Source: Penicillus capitatus
Taxonomy: Eukaryota; Plantae; Chlorophyta
Assembly (NCBI GenBank): GCA_965649825.1
Contig: OZ287697.1
Location: 707,635 to 771,634 of the forward strand
Length of the DNA: 64,000 nt
Direction: 5' to 3'
The notes beneath the pieces are model-generated. The model made no database searches. It worked only from the letters and a program-made list of their open reading frames with translations, and had not been told where the DNA came from. The stretch's first letter is position 1, and each line of letters opens with the position of its first letter. Below are positions 37,836 to 48,742 of this stretch, piece after piece. The position numbers and the translations under genes were made by a program.

Positions 37836-38976
37836 TTAGGCTTTCCTGAACTTCTTAGACTTCACTAGAAATGCAATTCTGCCGTGGTCGAGTGTCGGCA
37901 AGAGTGTCGATAGACGTCTTACGCGTTTTGTTAATCCAACGGCCGAAAGCGGCGAGGTCCATGAAGACGGCTGCGCCCTGTTCGTCGCAATTGCCCGTGG
38001 TGTAGGACACAATGCCAATAACCTCTTCGTAGAAAGCAAACAGTGAACTCGGGGGTACCATCAGCGGACCGCCATCGTCGCCTGATGCGCCGCCGTTATC
38101 TTCCGAATCCGACAGCGGAAGGATGTCTCACCCGAACAGACGCTGATGCTCGTCTCGCCCGTGAAGCAGATCTCATTGTCTCGCACTTCAATGTCATTCT
38201 GCTGCGTGCAGGTGTCGTTGGGTACGAAAGAGAGCGGCGAGATCTGGAGAAGATTTGTGTAGGCACCTGCTTGGCCACCACGACCGTAGCCAAAAAACTG
38301 AAGCGACCCTTTCTTCTGGAACTTCCGATTGCCAATGTTCGCAATGGGCATCAGGCACGACTTCTTGGCGAGCTTCAGAATCACGAGATCATGTCCATCG
38401 CGAATATCTCCCGTCCATTTGGGATGAGGAAACGCACGGACCGTTTCGAGAATCTGTCCATCCAGGAGCACCGCGTTGCCGCAACGGCACAGAGGAAGGG
38501 AGGATACCTCGATGGGTGATTCGAGACTGGTGCCGCCAAGATGGACTTGCGGTTGGACGATAGCTTGACGCGTAGCTCTGGGATCCACACAGTGTGCCGC
38601 AGTGAGGACGGCGTTCTCGGCGATCAAGATACCGCCACAGATGTGCTTCTTTGCCAGCGTTCGATCTCTGCCTCCACGAAATGTCCCATCCAACATCTTG
38701 CTCTATACAATGCAATGGCCGCACTTGATCGAAGCGATGAAGGGAAAGCGGCCCGTTCGTTTGCAAGAGAAGACGGTAGGTTCAAACATCGTCGCCATGG
38801 GAAACCTCGTCGGATACGCTTCGTCCAAGAGTTGGCGACCAGCTGTCAAAAACACCGCTCTTTGTGCCGTCCTGTCATAAGCGTGTCTGACTGTGGTCTA
38901 GGAAAAGGGTGGCATCGATGAAGGTGATGCAGGTCGCCGCTAAGCAGAGGAGCATCCATTTGGTGCCGGATGACAT
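37836..38976 (-). CDS. Secreted trypsin-like (S1A) serine protease homolog; catalytic Ser replaced by Asp
   Basis: Signal peptide MSSGTKWMLLCLAATC; GRFPFIAS, HICGGILIA, VLTAAHC, HDLVILKL. Spliced active-site segment reads CS|GDDGGPLM instead of GDSGGP. Confidence 0.9.
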
Positions 38977-39463
38977 TCTTAGCAGCAAATCAGCGAAATG
39001 CGTCGTCCGATATTGCGGATACTGTACCAGAGGGCGGCAGATGCGGAGGACAATGGACGGTAGATAGAGTGACGGTTAGAGAATGCCTGGAGGCCTCGCG
39101 TTTCTTCTGTTTTTCTTGTTTGACGACTCATGATGTCATTTCATGTTTGATCAAGGCAGCGACAAATGCTCCCCATCAAAACGTGAGCTGCTGCGATTTG
39201 TGCCTCTGAACGCGCATCGGTCTTCCTCAGCCACGAAACGGCGCTTTTCGGCATATTTAAGAGTGAGAAACGACCTCTTTGCGATTGCGGTCCGAAAGTC
39301 GCCTCCAAGAGCTCCTTTTTTCGCCAAACCAGCTCGTTCGCGGTTCTTAACGAAACGCGTCACGTTTCGAGCGCCTCGCCGTATCTCTGAGGGCGACTGT
39401 CAAGGGCGTGTTCGTTTGTTCGCCTTCTGGGCTTGTGTGAGAAAAGAGTGTGACGTAGGGACG

Positions 39464-41699
39464 ATGTTTTGGAAGGTCACCGGGTTCTCTATGACCTCTC
39501 CGATCGATACAATCCTGGAGAAGTCGCAATTTACATTAGAAGAGCTTCTGAAGGAAGACGATTTGATCCAGGAATGCCGATCCCTCAACGGCCGCCTGAT
39601 CAATTTCTTGGCAAGCAAAGAAAACGTCGAGGCCATGTTACAGCACATGCTGCATCTGCCATCATCACCACATCATCCCGAAAAACAGGTCACCGTTGAA
39701 GCAGTCAAGCGCCTTTCCTGGCAGTCCTGTGAAGTCTTCTGCTGCGAAGTGGATCCGATCTTCTCCATCTTGCTGGAGAACGAAGATACGATGCGTCTGT
39801 TTCTGAGTATAGTGGATTCCAAAGAGGCCATCGATGCCACCACCGCTGGGTACTTTGGAAGAGTCATGAATCACCTCTTGTTGAGAAGACCTGTCCAGAT
39901 CACACACTTTCTGACGGAACATCGACAGTACATCGTGAAGTTCATTGATCATTTAGAAGACACGTCCATTGCTGATGTGACCGTGAAGTTGTTGGGTGCT
40001 GACGAACAAACGAATACCCAGCTGCCAACAAACTACATCCACTGGATCTCGCAGACGGATGCACTGCAGCGCGTTATTGCTCGATTGAATGCGTCCGAAA
40101 CGATGAGTGTCCAGAGAAACGCTGCCCATGTGCTGATTGCCATTATTCGGTCGCAGCCGTCTCCACTGGCAAGAGAACTGGCAAGTGGGGAGAATCTCCA
40201 ACACCTGCTGCAGCATGTCATGAGTGACGATGGGGAGGTCTCCGTTCCCATCCTCAATGTCATCATCTCTTCGCTGGATCCCAGAAAACGTCCACTCAAT
40301 GGACTGCGCTCGCTGTCAGCGACGGCAAGCTATGACGACATCGTGGAGAGCAATCTGTTTCAGCAACTGTCGCAGAAACTGACAGCACTGTTGCCACGTC
40401 TCGGGCAGAAACTGAGGCAGAGTCCTCAGGGAGAGCGCCAGAACACCCCTTACGGTGCCCTGGTTCCTCCCTTGGGCCCAGCACGTCTGAAAATCATAGA
40501 AGTCTTTGCCATTCTGATGAATACGAGATCGGAGGCTGTTATGCAAGGATTAATGGTATCGCAGACAATGGAATCGTGTATGGAGCTCTTTATGAGCTAT
40601 CCTTTCCACAATCTATTGCATCAGAATGTCCTTTCCATCCTCACAAATGCCCTCGCCTTTGAGTACCAGCCTTTGCTGGAATTGCTCTTTCAAAAGCTTA
40701 AACTCTCTCAATGGATCACACAGTTGCCACTGACGATCACCTCGACCAAAACAACTCTCTACTCGCCTCGCAAATCGCCATTGCTGGAGAATGGATGCTC
40801 TTCGGAAGAGGAGACACTCGAGAAGACACAGGAGGCCCTTCGTGTTGGCTACATGGGTCATGTCATTCTTCTGTCAAATCAAATCATCCAAGCTGCTAAG
40901 ACAAACACATACATTGCAGCGCAGTTACGCTCCGACAGCAGTTGGCAGACGCATGTATCGACAGTGGTGCTGCCGATCAATCTGAAGGAGGATCTGAGTT
41001 CATGGGAATGCGGTCGTCCCCCGGAATTGGCACTCAAAGATACTGTCGATGATCACGGGGACATCACTCTGCCGTCCTCTTCCAACGGCACCTGCTACAA
41101 AGGGAACTTCGGTAATTCCAGCCACGGCATTTCGCCTCTATGCTTGCTTGGATGTGCAGAGGATGATGATGAAGAAGACGAAGATGAAGAGGGGGACGAA
41201 GCGGGGGAGAGTATTGGCCTTCAGTGGAGACCAGATGTTTTAACATCCGAAGAGGGAGAAGTTTCAGGAACGGTGGCCATGTTCTCGAGGATGGGATTAC
41301 AGGAGCCAAAATCCATTGCCCAGAAAGAGATGTCCGATTCAACCTCCAGCAGCAGCAACAGCACTTCGTCCTCATCGAACAGCTCATCAGGTGCATCATC
41401 CACATCGAGTGAGGAAGACGGAGCGGAGGGGGAGGAAAGATTGATCATGGTTTCGCCGCAAGCGTTATTGGAGAGTCTGTCAAAGGAGCACAGCACAAGT
41501 ATAGAGTCCTCGTCATTCCTTGAGCCAATGGTGCTGATAGAGGACGGGTGGTTGTGCAGATGATGAGAGAGAGAAGACAGAGAAGGAGGCGAGCACTTCT
41601 GAAGCTGTCGAGGAAGAGCCGTCAGGGCTCGATGCCTTTAGCGCCTATAATTTCTGGAAACTGGATATATCCGATGTCGATTTGTTGCCTCCGGAATGA
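39464..41699 (+). CDS. SIT4/PP6 phosphatase regulatory subunit (SAPS family)
   Basis: MFWKVTGF..SPIDTILEK..FTLEELLKEDDLIQECRSLNGRLINFL, AGYFGRV, PPLGPARLKIIE, YPFHNLLH, RVGYMGHV, acidic tail, terminal AYNFWK exon. Confidence 0.95.
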
Positions 41700-41892
41700 A
41701 AGTGCGTGTCTTTTGGTGAGGGAGATCTGCACGTATCTCCCAGAGATTGATTTATAGAACGTGTCTTTACACTGTTTAAATCATCCGAACAGTCATATTT
41801 CAAACCATCCGTACAGTAGCCTCACATATTCTGCTAGATGCCTGCTCAGCTCACGCAGCTTCATCTTCTGATTCTGACACAGATGGATCGTA

Positions 41893-43377
41893 TCACACGC
41901 GCATTTTTTCGAATTCGGTATGGTCGGGGTAGGAGGGGAGATAGGGTAAGGGATCTCTCGGCGGTCCTCTGCAGAACTTGGCGTGGTGGACGATGTACAG
42001 ATCTTTAAGTGGATTGCACAGTCCGGCGCATTCGTTCCTCAAAATCCCGATGGCTGCTGAGGAGCATCGTGTGGCGCAGAGTCGCATGTCTTCAAAGTGT
42101 GTGACGTTCTGCCCCAGCATCCAAGAACCAACGGTTACGTCTTCATTGGCAAAAATCCTCAGCGTGTGAAAGTTACGCAGAATTACGTTCTCGACGACCG
42201 ACTTGTGCATCGCATAGATACTCCCGTAGGCATGGAGGTAGTAATCGGAGCCGAAGAGAAGGTGCTGCGGTTCATACCAGCGTGAATCTTCTGTTGTCCA
42301 GACGTGGCCATGTTTCATGCAACCCACATACGTTGCTCCCATTTTGTCCCATTGCTTCATCGCCAGCAGTGTCCTCTCGATCATGTAATAGACATCATCA
42401 TCCACCTTGACAACCCAGTCTGGATCGTACAGAGACATAGCCGCCGCAAAGAACGTTTTGGTTTTGTTGGTCAGTCCATAATACGATTCCTAAACACACA
42501 ATACCCACATCAGCCTTCTACCATTGGACACATGGGGTCAGACGGTGATGGGTAATCGCAAGAAGTCCTGGTACGTTGCTTCCTCTTCGTTCAGAAGCTG
42601 CTGCTCCTGTGGATCCGCAGAATTACCCGCAATAAATCGCACCACGATGCCTTGCTCCTTCTCCAATCTATGCATTCATATGCCGCAGACATGAGCATTG
42701 GCGGCGGGAGTGTAAGAGGGATGGATGACCTGGTTCGTTCTTCGACGGTGTCTGGAAACCACGTCTCTCTCAGGACTTGACGTCGTCGTCGATAATCGTA
42801 CCGCAGTTTCTGTTCTTGACTTTGATTCTCTTTCCTTCCCGCATCATTAATTCCCGTCTGGCAGCAAAACGAACATAAGAGATGGAATGCACCCATGAAA
42901 CGTCATTCTCACAAAGACGCCGACAAAGAGGCGAATTTTGGGTCGATCGTAGTTCGGCACCGTATCCACGTTTTTTGCCTTTTCGATCGCCGCCGTAATG
43001 CGGCCACTCAACTTTTCAGCTGCATTACCATCCGACCCTGTCGCACTTCCGCCGTTGAAAGCGTCTATAACGGTGCGGAATTCTCCCTTGAGCGAGACAA
43101 GGACTTGCGTGAAGGTCGTATTCGTCACGCCGTCTCCTCCCACGAGCAAAGCATCAAGTTTCGTTTCAATCGCTTTCAAATGTCCGAGGAGTTGTCCTTC
43201 GACCATCAGACTGTCCGGCGTTGGACATGGACCAAACCGACGGTCGTTTTGACTGCCGTACCCAGCATGACTCGAACGCGAAATAATAAAGTGAAAGATA
43301 AGGGTCAACGAGGCAAGGCCCACTAAAAAGAGCGATGAGACGCCGCGTGACGCGCGCGAGGATGGCGGAAGACGCAT
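41893..43377 (-). CDS. Beta-1,3-galactosyltransferase (GT31), type II membrane protein
   Basis: N-terminal TM and coiled coil; VVKVDDDVY, YVGCMKHGHV, WYEPQHLLFG..YYLHAYGSIY, FANEDVTVGSWMLG. Confidence 0.93.
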
Positions 43378-43612
43378 CGTGCGGGAATCGGAAAAGCAAC
43401 AACAATGACGTCACCACAAGAGATGATGACATGCATCATCATCATCGTCGACTGCATTCCCCCTGCTCATGTTGCTCATTCCATCCATTCCTCTGCGTTT
43501 CGAGGCGTTTGGCGATTTCGAGGGAGGTACGGTGCCGTTGCTGGACGCGTGCCCGACGACAAGACGTCTTGTAGCTGAGAGCTGTGAGCGATTTGACGTG
43601 TGGCCTTGTCCG

Positions 43613-45855
43613 ATGGTCTGGTGCGCACACTGCAAGACGGACGTAACCGCCGAAGATGACTATCAGGCTGGATACTCGTGAGAAACATCGTACTTTTGCG
43701 TCGCACTCGCATTGAGCATCGTCCTCTGCATTGGATTGACGTCCGTTGTGCGATAGGTGTTGTCCACTCTGCGGAGCGGTGCTTGTCGAAGGGACGTACG
43801 AAAACGCCATTAGTTTTGGAGAAGAGGGCGGTATGATTGGCCAGATCCTCTCCGATGAGAAAAAACCGCAACAGGGAGGGGGAACGTCGGAAAGGGGTTT
43901 CCACGAAATCTCACTCCTCGTCGACCAGCTCAGAATTCACCCACGCGACGACACGATCGACGCGGCGCTTCGACTCTATAAGATGGCAGTCCATCGTGGA
44001 TTCCTCAAAGGACGTCGTTCCAGTCAAGTGCAACAACGCTTCTGTGTGTACCATGGTCCGATGTCTGGATCCAGGTCGCGGCGTGCTGTATCTATATCAT
44101 GTGCCGAACGGATAAGCGGCCTTATCTCCTGATCGATTTCTCCGATGCGCTGAGGGTGAATGTGTACGTGCTGGGATGTGTGTTTCTGGATTTGTGTTAT
44201 CTGTTCAAACTGGATGAACATCCCATTGTGCTGAGTCCTGTCGATCCATCGCTGTTTATACATCGATATGTGGATCGACTCAACTTTGGTGGCAAGGCAT
44301 CAGCCGTGACTCAGTCGACACTGAAGCTTATTAAGAGTATGAATCGAGATTGGATTCAGACAGGACGGAAGCCGTCAGGAATCTGTGCAGCTGCACTGTT
44401 CATCGCCTCACACATGCACAGTGAGAAAAGACGCCGCATCGAAGCGTACAGGCAAGGACGGTTTGGATGATGAGGTTTGTGTCTGGCCAGATGTGCCCAA
44501 GATGAAGAGAGATATTATCTATGTGGCGAGAATTGGTGTGTCGACAGTGGCAAAGCGTTTGACAGAGTTCTCCAAAACGAAGCCTGGGAAGCTCAATGCC
44601 GAGGAGTTCCATCAAGAGGCGCTCAAAATGGAAAAGATGGAACAGGCATTGTTGACGCATCCCATCGATGCTGTCACATCCGAAAGCTCCTCGCGGTGTC
44701 ATCACTTGGAGAACGGGGCAGGGGCTTTTGCATGTGGCATGTGTCGAAACTGCTATCTACAGTACTTGACAATCTCGGGTGGCATTTTCGAAGGAACTGC
44801 CGATCCACCTGCCTTCGTCAAGTCTCACTCTCTCACAGAGAAACTCATTTACATATCCATCTTTTCAGAAATGTCAAGAAAAGGACCATGAGTGTTGGTC
44901 GGATCTTTCGTCTGGCCAACGATCTTGAAGTGGATGAAGAAGAGAGGCGCGTTTTGGACCAAGAGATGCGTGAAGCGCCAGGTATGATGCATCTTGACCG
45001 GCATCGATGGCGTGACGGTGCGTGCTGTTGTAGCGGTCGAAGAAGTGGAGGCCGAAATGGACAATGCATTGTCGAGCGAGCAACTCCATCCTCTGTTGCA
45101 AACGCCGACAGAAGACTGGTCTTCCCTTGTCGAAACACCCGTTTCCAGACCAGTGATCCCACCTGAAACGCCATGCCGTCCTTCTTCTGGTCCCGTCGGC
45201 GAAGCGCTCCTAGGCTTCAATCAAGAAGAAGAGTTCGAGGAGGATCTGCCTTTTGATGATGAAGAAGACGACATGCCAGTGGACGACATCAGAGGTTTGT
45301 CGCCGTTTCTTCTGCCCATTCCTTCACCTTCGGCAGCAGCAACCGTAGGAGCGGTGATCGAAGTGGATATGCTAGAGGACATTACAGAAGAGGACATTGC
45401 CGATTACATCTTGCCACCAGAAGAGGTAGAACAGAAGACACTGTGGTGGAAAGAGCTGCACAAGTCTGCCCCTGATCGCATGGTCATCTCTGTTTTGAAA
45501 GGGCCTTTCCTCAAGGGAGCATCTGAAGAAGGCGGCCTTGCGGAAAGAACGTCCTGTCGAGAAGGACAAGAAACGAAGACGATCGGTCAAGAAAGCACGA
45601 ACGAACCCACAAGAGTACTCCAGTGCCTTCGAGGCGGTCAAAGGCATGTTGGAAGAGAAGGGACTGAGCTCCAAGATAAACTATGATAATCTCGAGGCGC
45701 TCTTTGCGGAAGGATCCGAAGAGACTGCTGCACCGGCGCCGGCAACACCACAGCCACCCCGAAACGACAAGAAAGAGAGCTTCTTTCTGCGTTCCCTTTC
45801 GTTTCGAAAAGCGGAACGGCGGCCGAAGAAACGATTGGATGGCTTATTTGACTGA
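43613..45855 (+). CDS. BRF1: TFIIIB subunit BRF1 (TFIIB-related)
   Basis: Zinc ribbon MVWCAHC...|CCPLCGAVL; GFLKGRRSSQ|VAACCLY, YLLIDFSDALRVNVYVLG, VDPSLFIHR, DWIQTGRKPSGICAAALFIA, KRLTEF; C-terminal SSKINYDNL. Confidence 0.95.
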
Positions 45856-45904
45856 CCCACGGCGATCGATCTCAGGCAGTCATGTTATTTCATCGGAAGT
45901 ATTT

Positions 45905-46819
45905 TTAGATAACAAAGTAATCTGTTTTGTCGATCTGTTTTTCAATTTTGGTCGCCTTTTCGGCCGAGATGCCCAACATCTCACGCAGTTGTAACAGAGT
46001 GGCATAGTCTGGCGGTACTTCGGCATTCCGCAGATGTATGCGATAGAGGCCTTCCAACTACATCAGACCAGACACTGTTGATGTGACAGCACGTCACATT
46101 ACGGTCTCACATCTTTTGGTGAATTTTGGGCAAGGAGGAGTTCTGAACGGCAGATTGCATTCTCTTTCAACGCGCGTTGTAGTTCCACTATCACCCTGCC
46201 CTTACAATGCTGTCATGTCAGCAAAAGAGTGAGAGATCTCGACCTTGCAGGGGCACTGGCATTCATAAAGCCGATTGCGCGGTGGACATAGATCGATTGC
46301 CGTGTCCGGGCCGCCGCTCTTCGATAGGCCTCTTCACCATTCTTTTGTACATCAGACATGTCACATCAAACAGAAATGTGAGATCTTTACCACAATGTCG
46401 TCCGCGACAGAGGGACGGAAACGTTCTCGGACAGGATTGTAAAGTAAGGCACCAAGGACCAACGCTGCCAAGGGCAAGAGCCAATTCATGGTCACACTGA
46501 AACGTCACATCTCGATAGCATTCGAAATGGGACGATGCGACCGCTGTTGCGTGGGAGGCGGCATGACGGGAGGCTTGCTCTCCACTTGAGTGTGATAGAC
46601 CTGTTGTCCCTTGGCGGCTACTGTGCCCAGGGATCGACGTTGTCGCGTCTCTCTCCCTTCTCTTCTGCGTTGTTGCAGTGCCGTCACATCAGACGTTTGT
46701 CTCACTCTATTTCTACAGTTTCGCACGAAAAGGCCGAGCGCCTTCCATTGGCCCGAGAGAGCCGACATTGTGATCGGCATCATCATGAATGGCAAGCAAA
46801 TGACATCTCGTTGCATTCC
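45905..46819 (-). CDS. Conserved-looking membrane protein, probably plastid; function unknown; start uncertain
   Basis: Spliced segments NWLLPLAALVLGALLY, RAVIELQRALKENAICRS and LEGLYRIHLRNAEVPPDYATLLQLREMLGISAEKATKIEKQIDKTDYFVI* look like a conserved green-lineage protein. Four intron-sized gaps. Confidence 0.6.
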
Positions 46820-46867
46820 TGCCGGCGCCATTCTTTTGCCATGCCTCAACCACGTCGACGTCCAGAA

Positions 46868-47114
46868 ATGAGTCTGCCGAAGGGAAAGAAGCAGAAGACG
46901 ACGACGAAGTCCGATTCCATCATAGACCGTCTGCGGTCTATATACAAAACTCAATGGGAAAACGATAAAAACCGAGCAACCAACAAGGCGCTCTCCACCT
47001 CTCTGCTTTCACTTACCTCACTGTCACATCCTTCAGGTGCTCCTCAAAGCTCTGAGCATGTTTGTTGGTGGAGTCATCGCCTATCGTACAATCGGCGATT
47101 CGCTTTTCATTTGA
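46868..47114 (+). CDS. TOM5: Mitochondrial import receptor subunit TOM5 (plant type)
   Basis: With a 49-nt GC-AG intron (46988-47036): MSLPKGKKQKTTTKSDSIIDRLRSIYKTQWENDKNRATNK|VLLKALSMFVGGVIAYRTIGDSLFI*, matching the plant TOM5 pattern N.KLLRALGMFAGGV..R.YGD. TGTAA near 47160. Confidence 0.8.
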
Positions 47115-47191
47115 CCGGCGAGGCGAGAAGAGTGCGAAACAGTGACACAAATGTTGAGATGTAATCTCATCTGCTTTACCAAATGCGGGTT

Positions 47192-48616
47192 CTACAAATC
47201 GAGATCGCCCAGATAGATTTTCTTGTCGGAGGCTGCGCTGCCGATGATGTTCTCTTTGGGATGAAAGACAACTTCGTTAACGCTGCCGGTGTGTCCTGGT
47301 AATCTATGTTAACAAAACGCCGTCTCTTTGGAGAACGAGTGAAAAGAGGCGGACTTGTAGAGGAGGTCACGCGTCTCGACCTCCCAGATGTAGACCATTC
47401 GATCGGCACTGCCACATGTGACGCATCGCCCGTCCGGTGACCAGCAACAACGCAGGAGATTTTTCTCAAAGTTATGGGCGTGGCCGACAAAGACCTCGAC
47501 ACAACTAAAACGCATCGTCTCACTGAAAGACGGCAACGCGTCGGCTGATCGAAAACCGGTCTTTGGGGGCGTAGGGGCGGACATCCCAGGTTCTTAGTGT
47601 GTTGTCCATGGAATTACTTAGCAAGTGCGTGCCGCTTGGACTGAGCTGTAGACCTGTGACAGTATCAGAATGACCAGCCATCGATAGCACGACCTGCATC
47701 AGCAGATGAGATGACCCGTGGTTGATGATCGCTCTTACAGATCAATCACCTTCTGGTTTCGAACATCCCATGCTTTGATGACATTCTCAATGCCGGATGT
47801 GAAAACTTGATCTGCTTGATCCGAGAACGTGACGGTTGTGATCTGGAAGGTATCTGTCAATGTCATCACAGATCTCTTCACCCTCAAGTCCCACACCTGC
47901 GATGCGAGAATTCGGGACAGTGAATGGGAGAGGATGAGGCGTCTGCCTTGGGTATACCTTTGCCGTGGAATCGTCTGCTCCACTGACAATCATTTCTGGT
48001 CCCCTCCGGGACACATTGCAGGAATTGACGTATGAGTCGTGCTCTGCCATCTTTTTGATCTGGGTTCCTGTCTCGACATCCCAGGCCCGTATCTGTATCG
48101 TCGCCGATGTCAAAGGAGTCGTCGCATTTGCGTAGCCCTTACCGATTTGTCAGCAGATGCCGAAACGACGTGCTCTCCGTCCGTCGTCCAATGCATCTCC
48201 AGAACCGTGTTCTGATGTCCAGAGAGGACGGCGTAGTTTGAACAGTCGCCGTGGACTTTCCACAGAAACACAGACTTGTCGGCTGATCCAGAAGCCACAG
48301 CCTCTCCATCAGGAGAAAACTCCAATGCATGCACCGCAGCGCTATGGCCTGCCCTTAACAGATCTTGTGACATTCATCTCCTTGACCTTTTTACCTGTCA
48401 GCAGCATAATCGGAGCTTGAAGAGTCGAAAATCGTTTGAGGACAGGGGGTCCCTGCAACGAACACAGATTGAGGAAGGATGTGGGGCATAGGATCGTCAG
48501 GTGACTGTTTGCTGTGCCGGCACGATGTCTTTCTTTTGTCTCTTGATGACGAGCTGGCCATCTGCGCTTTCGACCAAGTCTTCGTCGCCGTCGTCTTGTC
48601 GCTCATGCATCATCAT
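47192..48616 (-). CDS. SNRNP40: U5 snRNP 40-kDa WD40 protein
   Basis: QLVIKRQK, LQAPIMLLT|GHSAAVHALEFSPDG, IKKMAEHDSYVNSC, TWDVRPYAP, GHAHNFEKNLLRCCWSPDG, LPGHTGSVNEV, SDKKIYLGDL*. Confidence 0.96.
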
Positions 48617-48742
48617 TGCTAAAGCGTAACGATATCTTTTGTTTTGCCGCGGGCGTCGCTAGATGTCGTACATTCTTTAATGAAGCGAGATGCGATCAGG
48701 TCGATGACCGACTATTATGTCATAGAAGTGTAGGTAAACAAT

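Noticed and set aside
39143-39463. 107-aa N-terminal extension of the SAPS protein
   Set aside because: The family characteristically begins MFWK at 39464. The upstream part starts at a non-ATG codon and looks like promoter/UTR.
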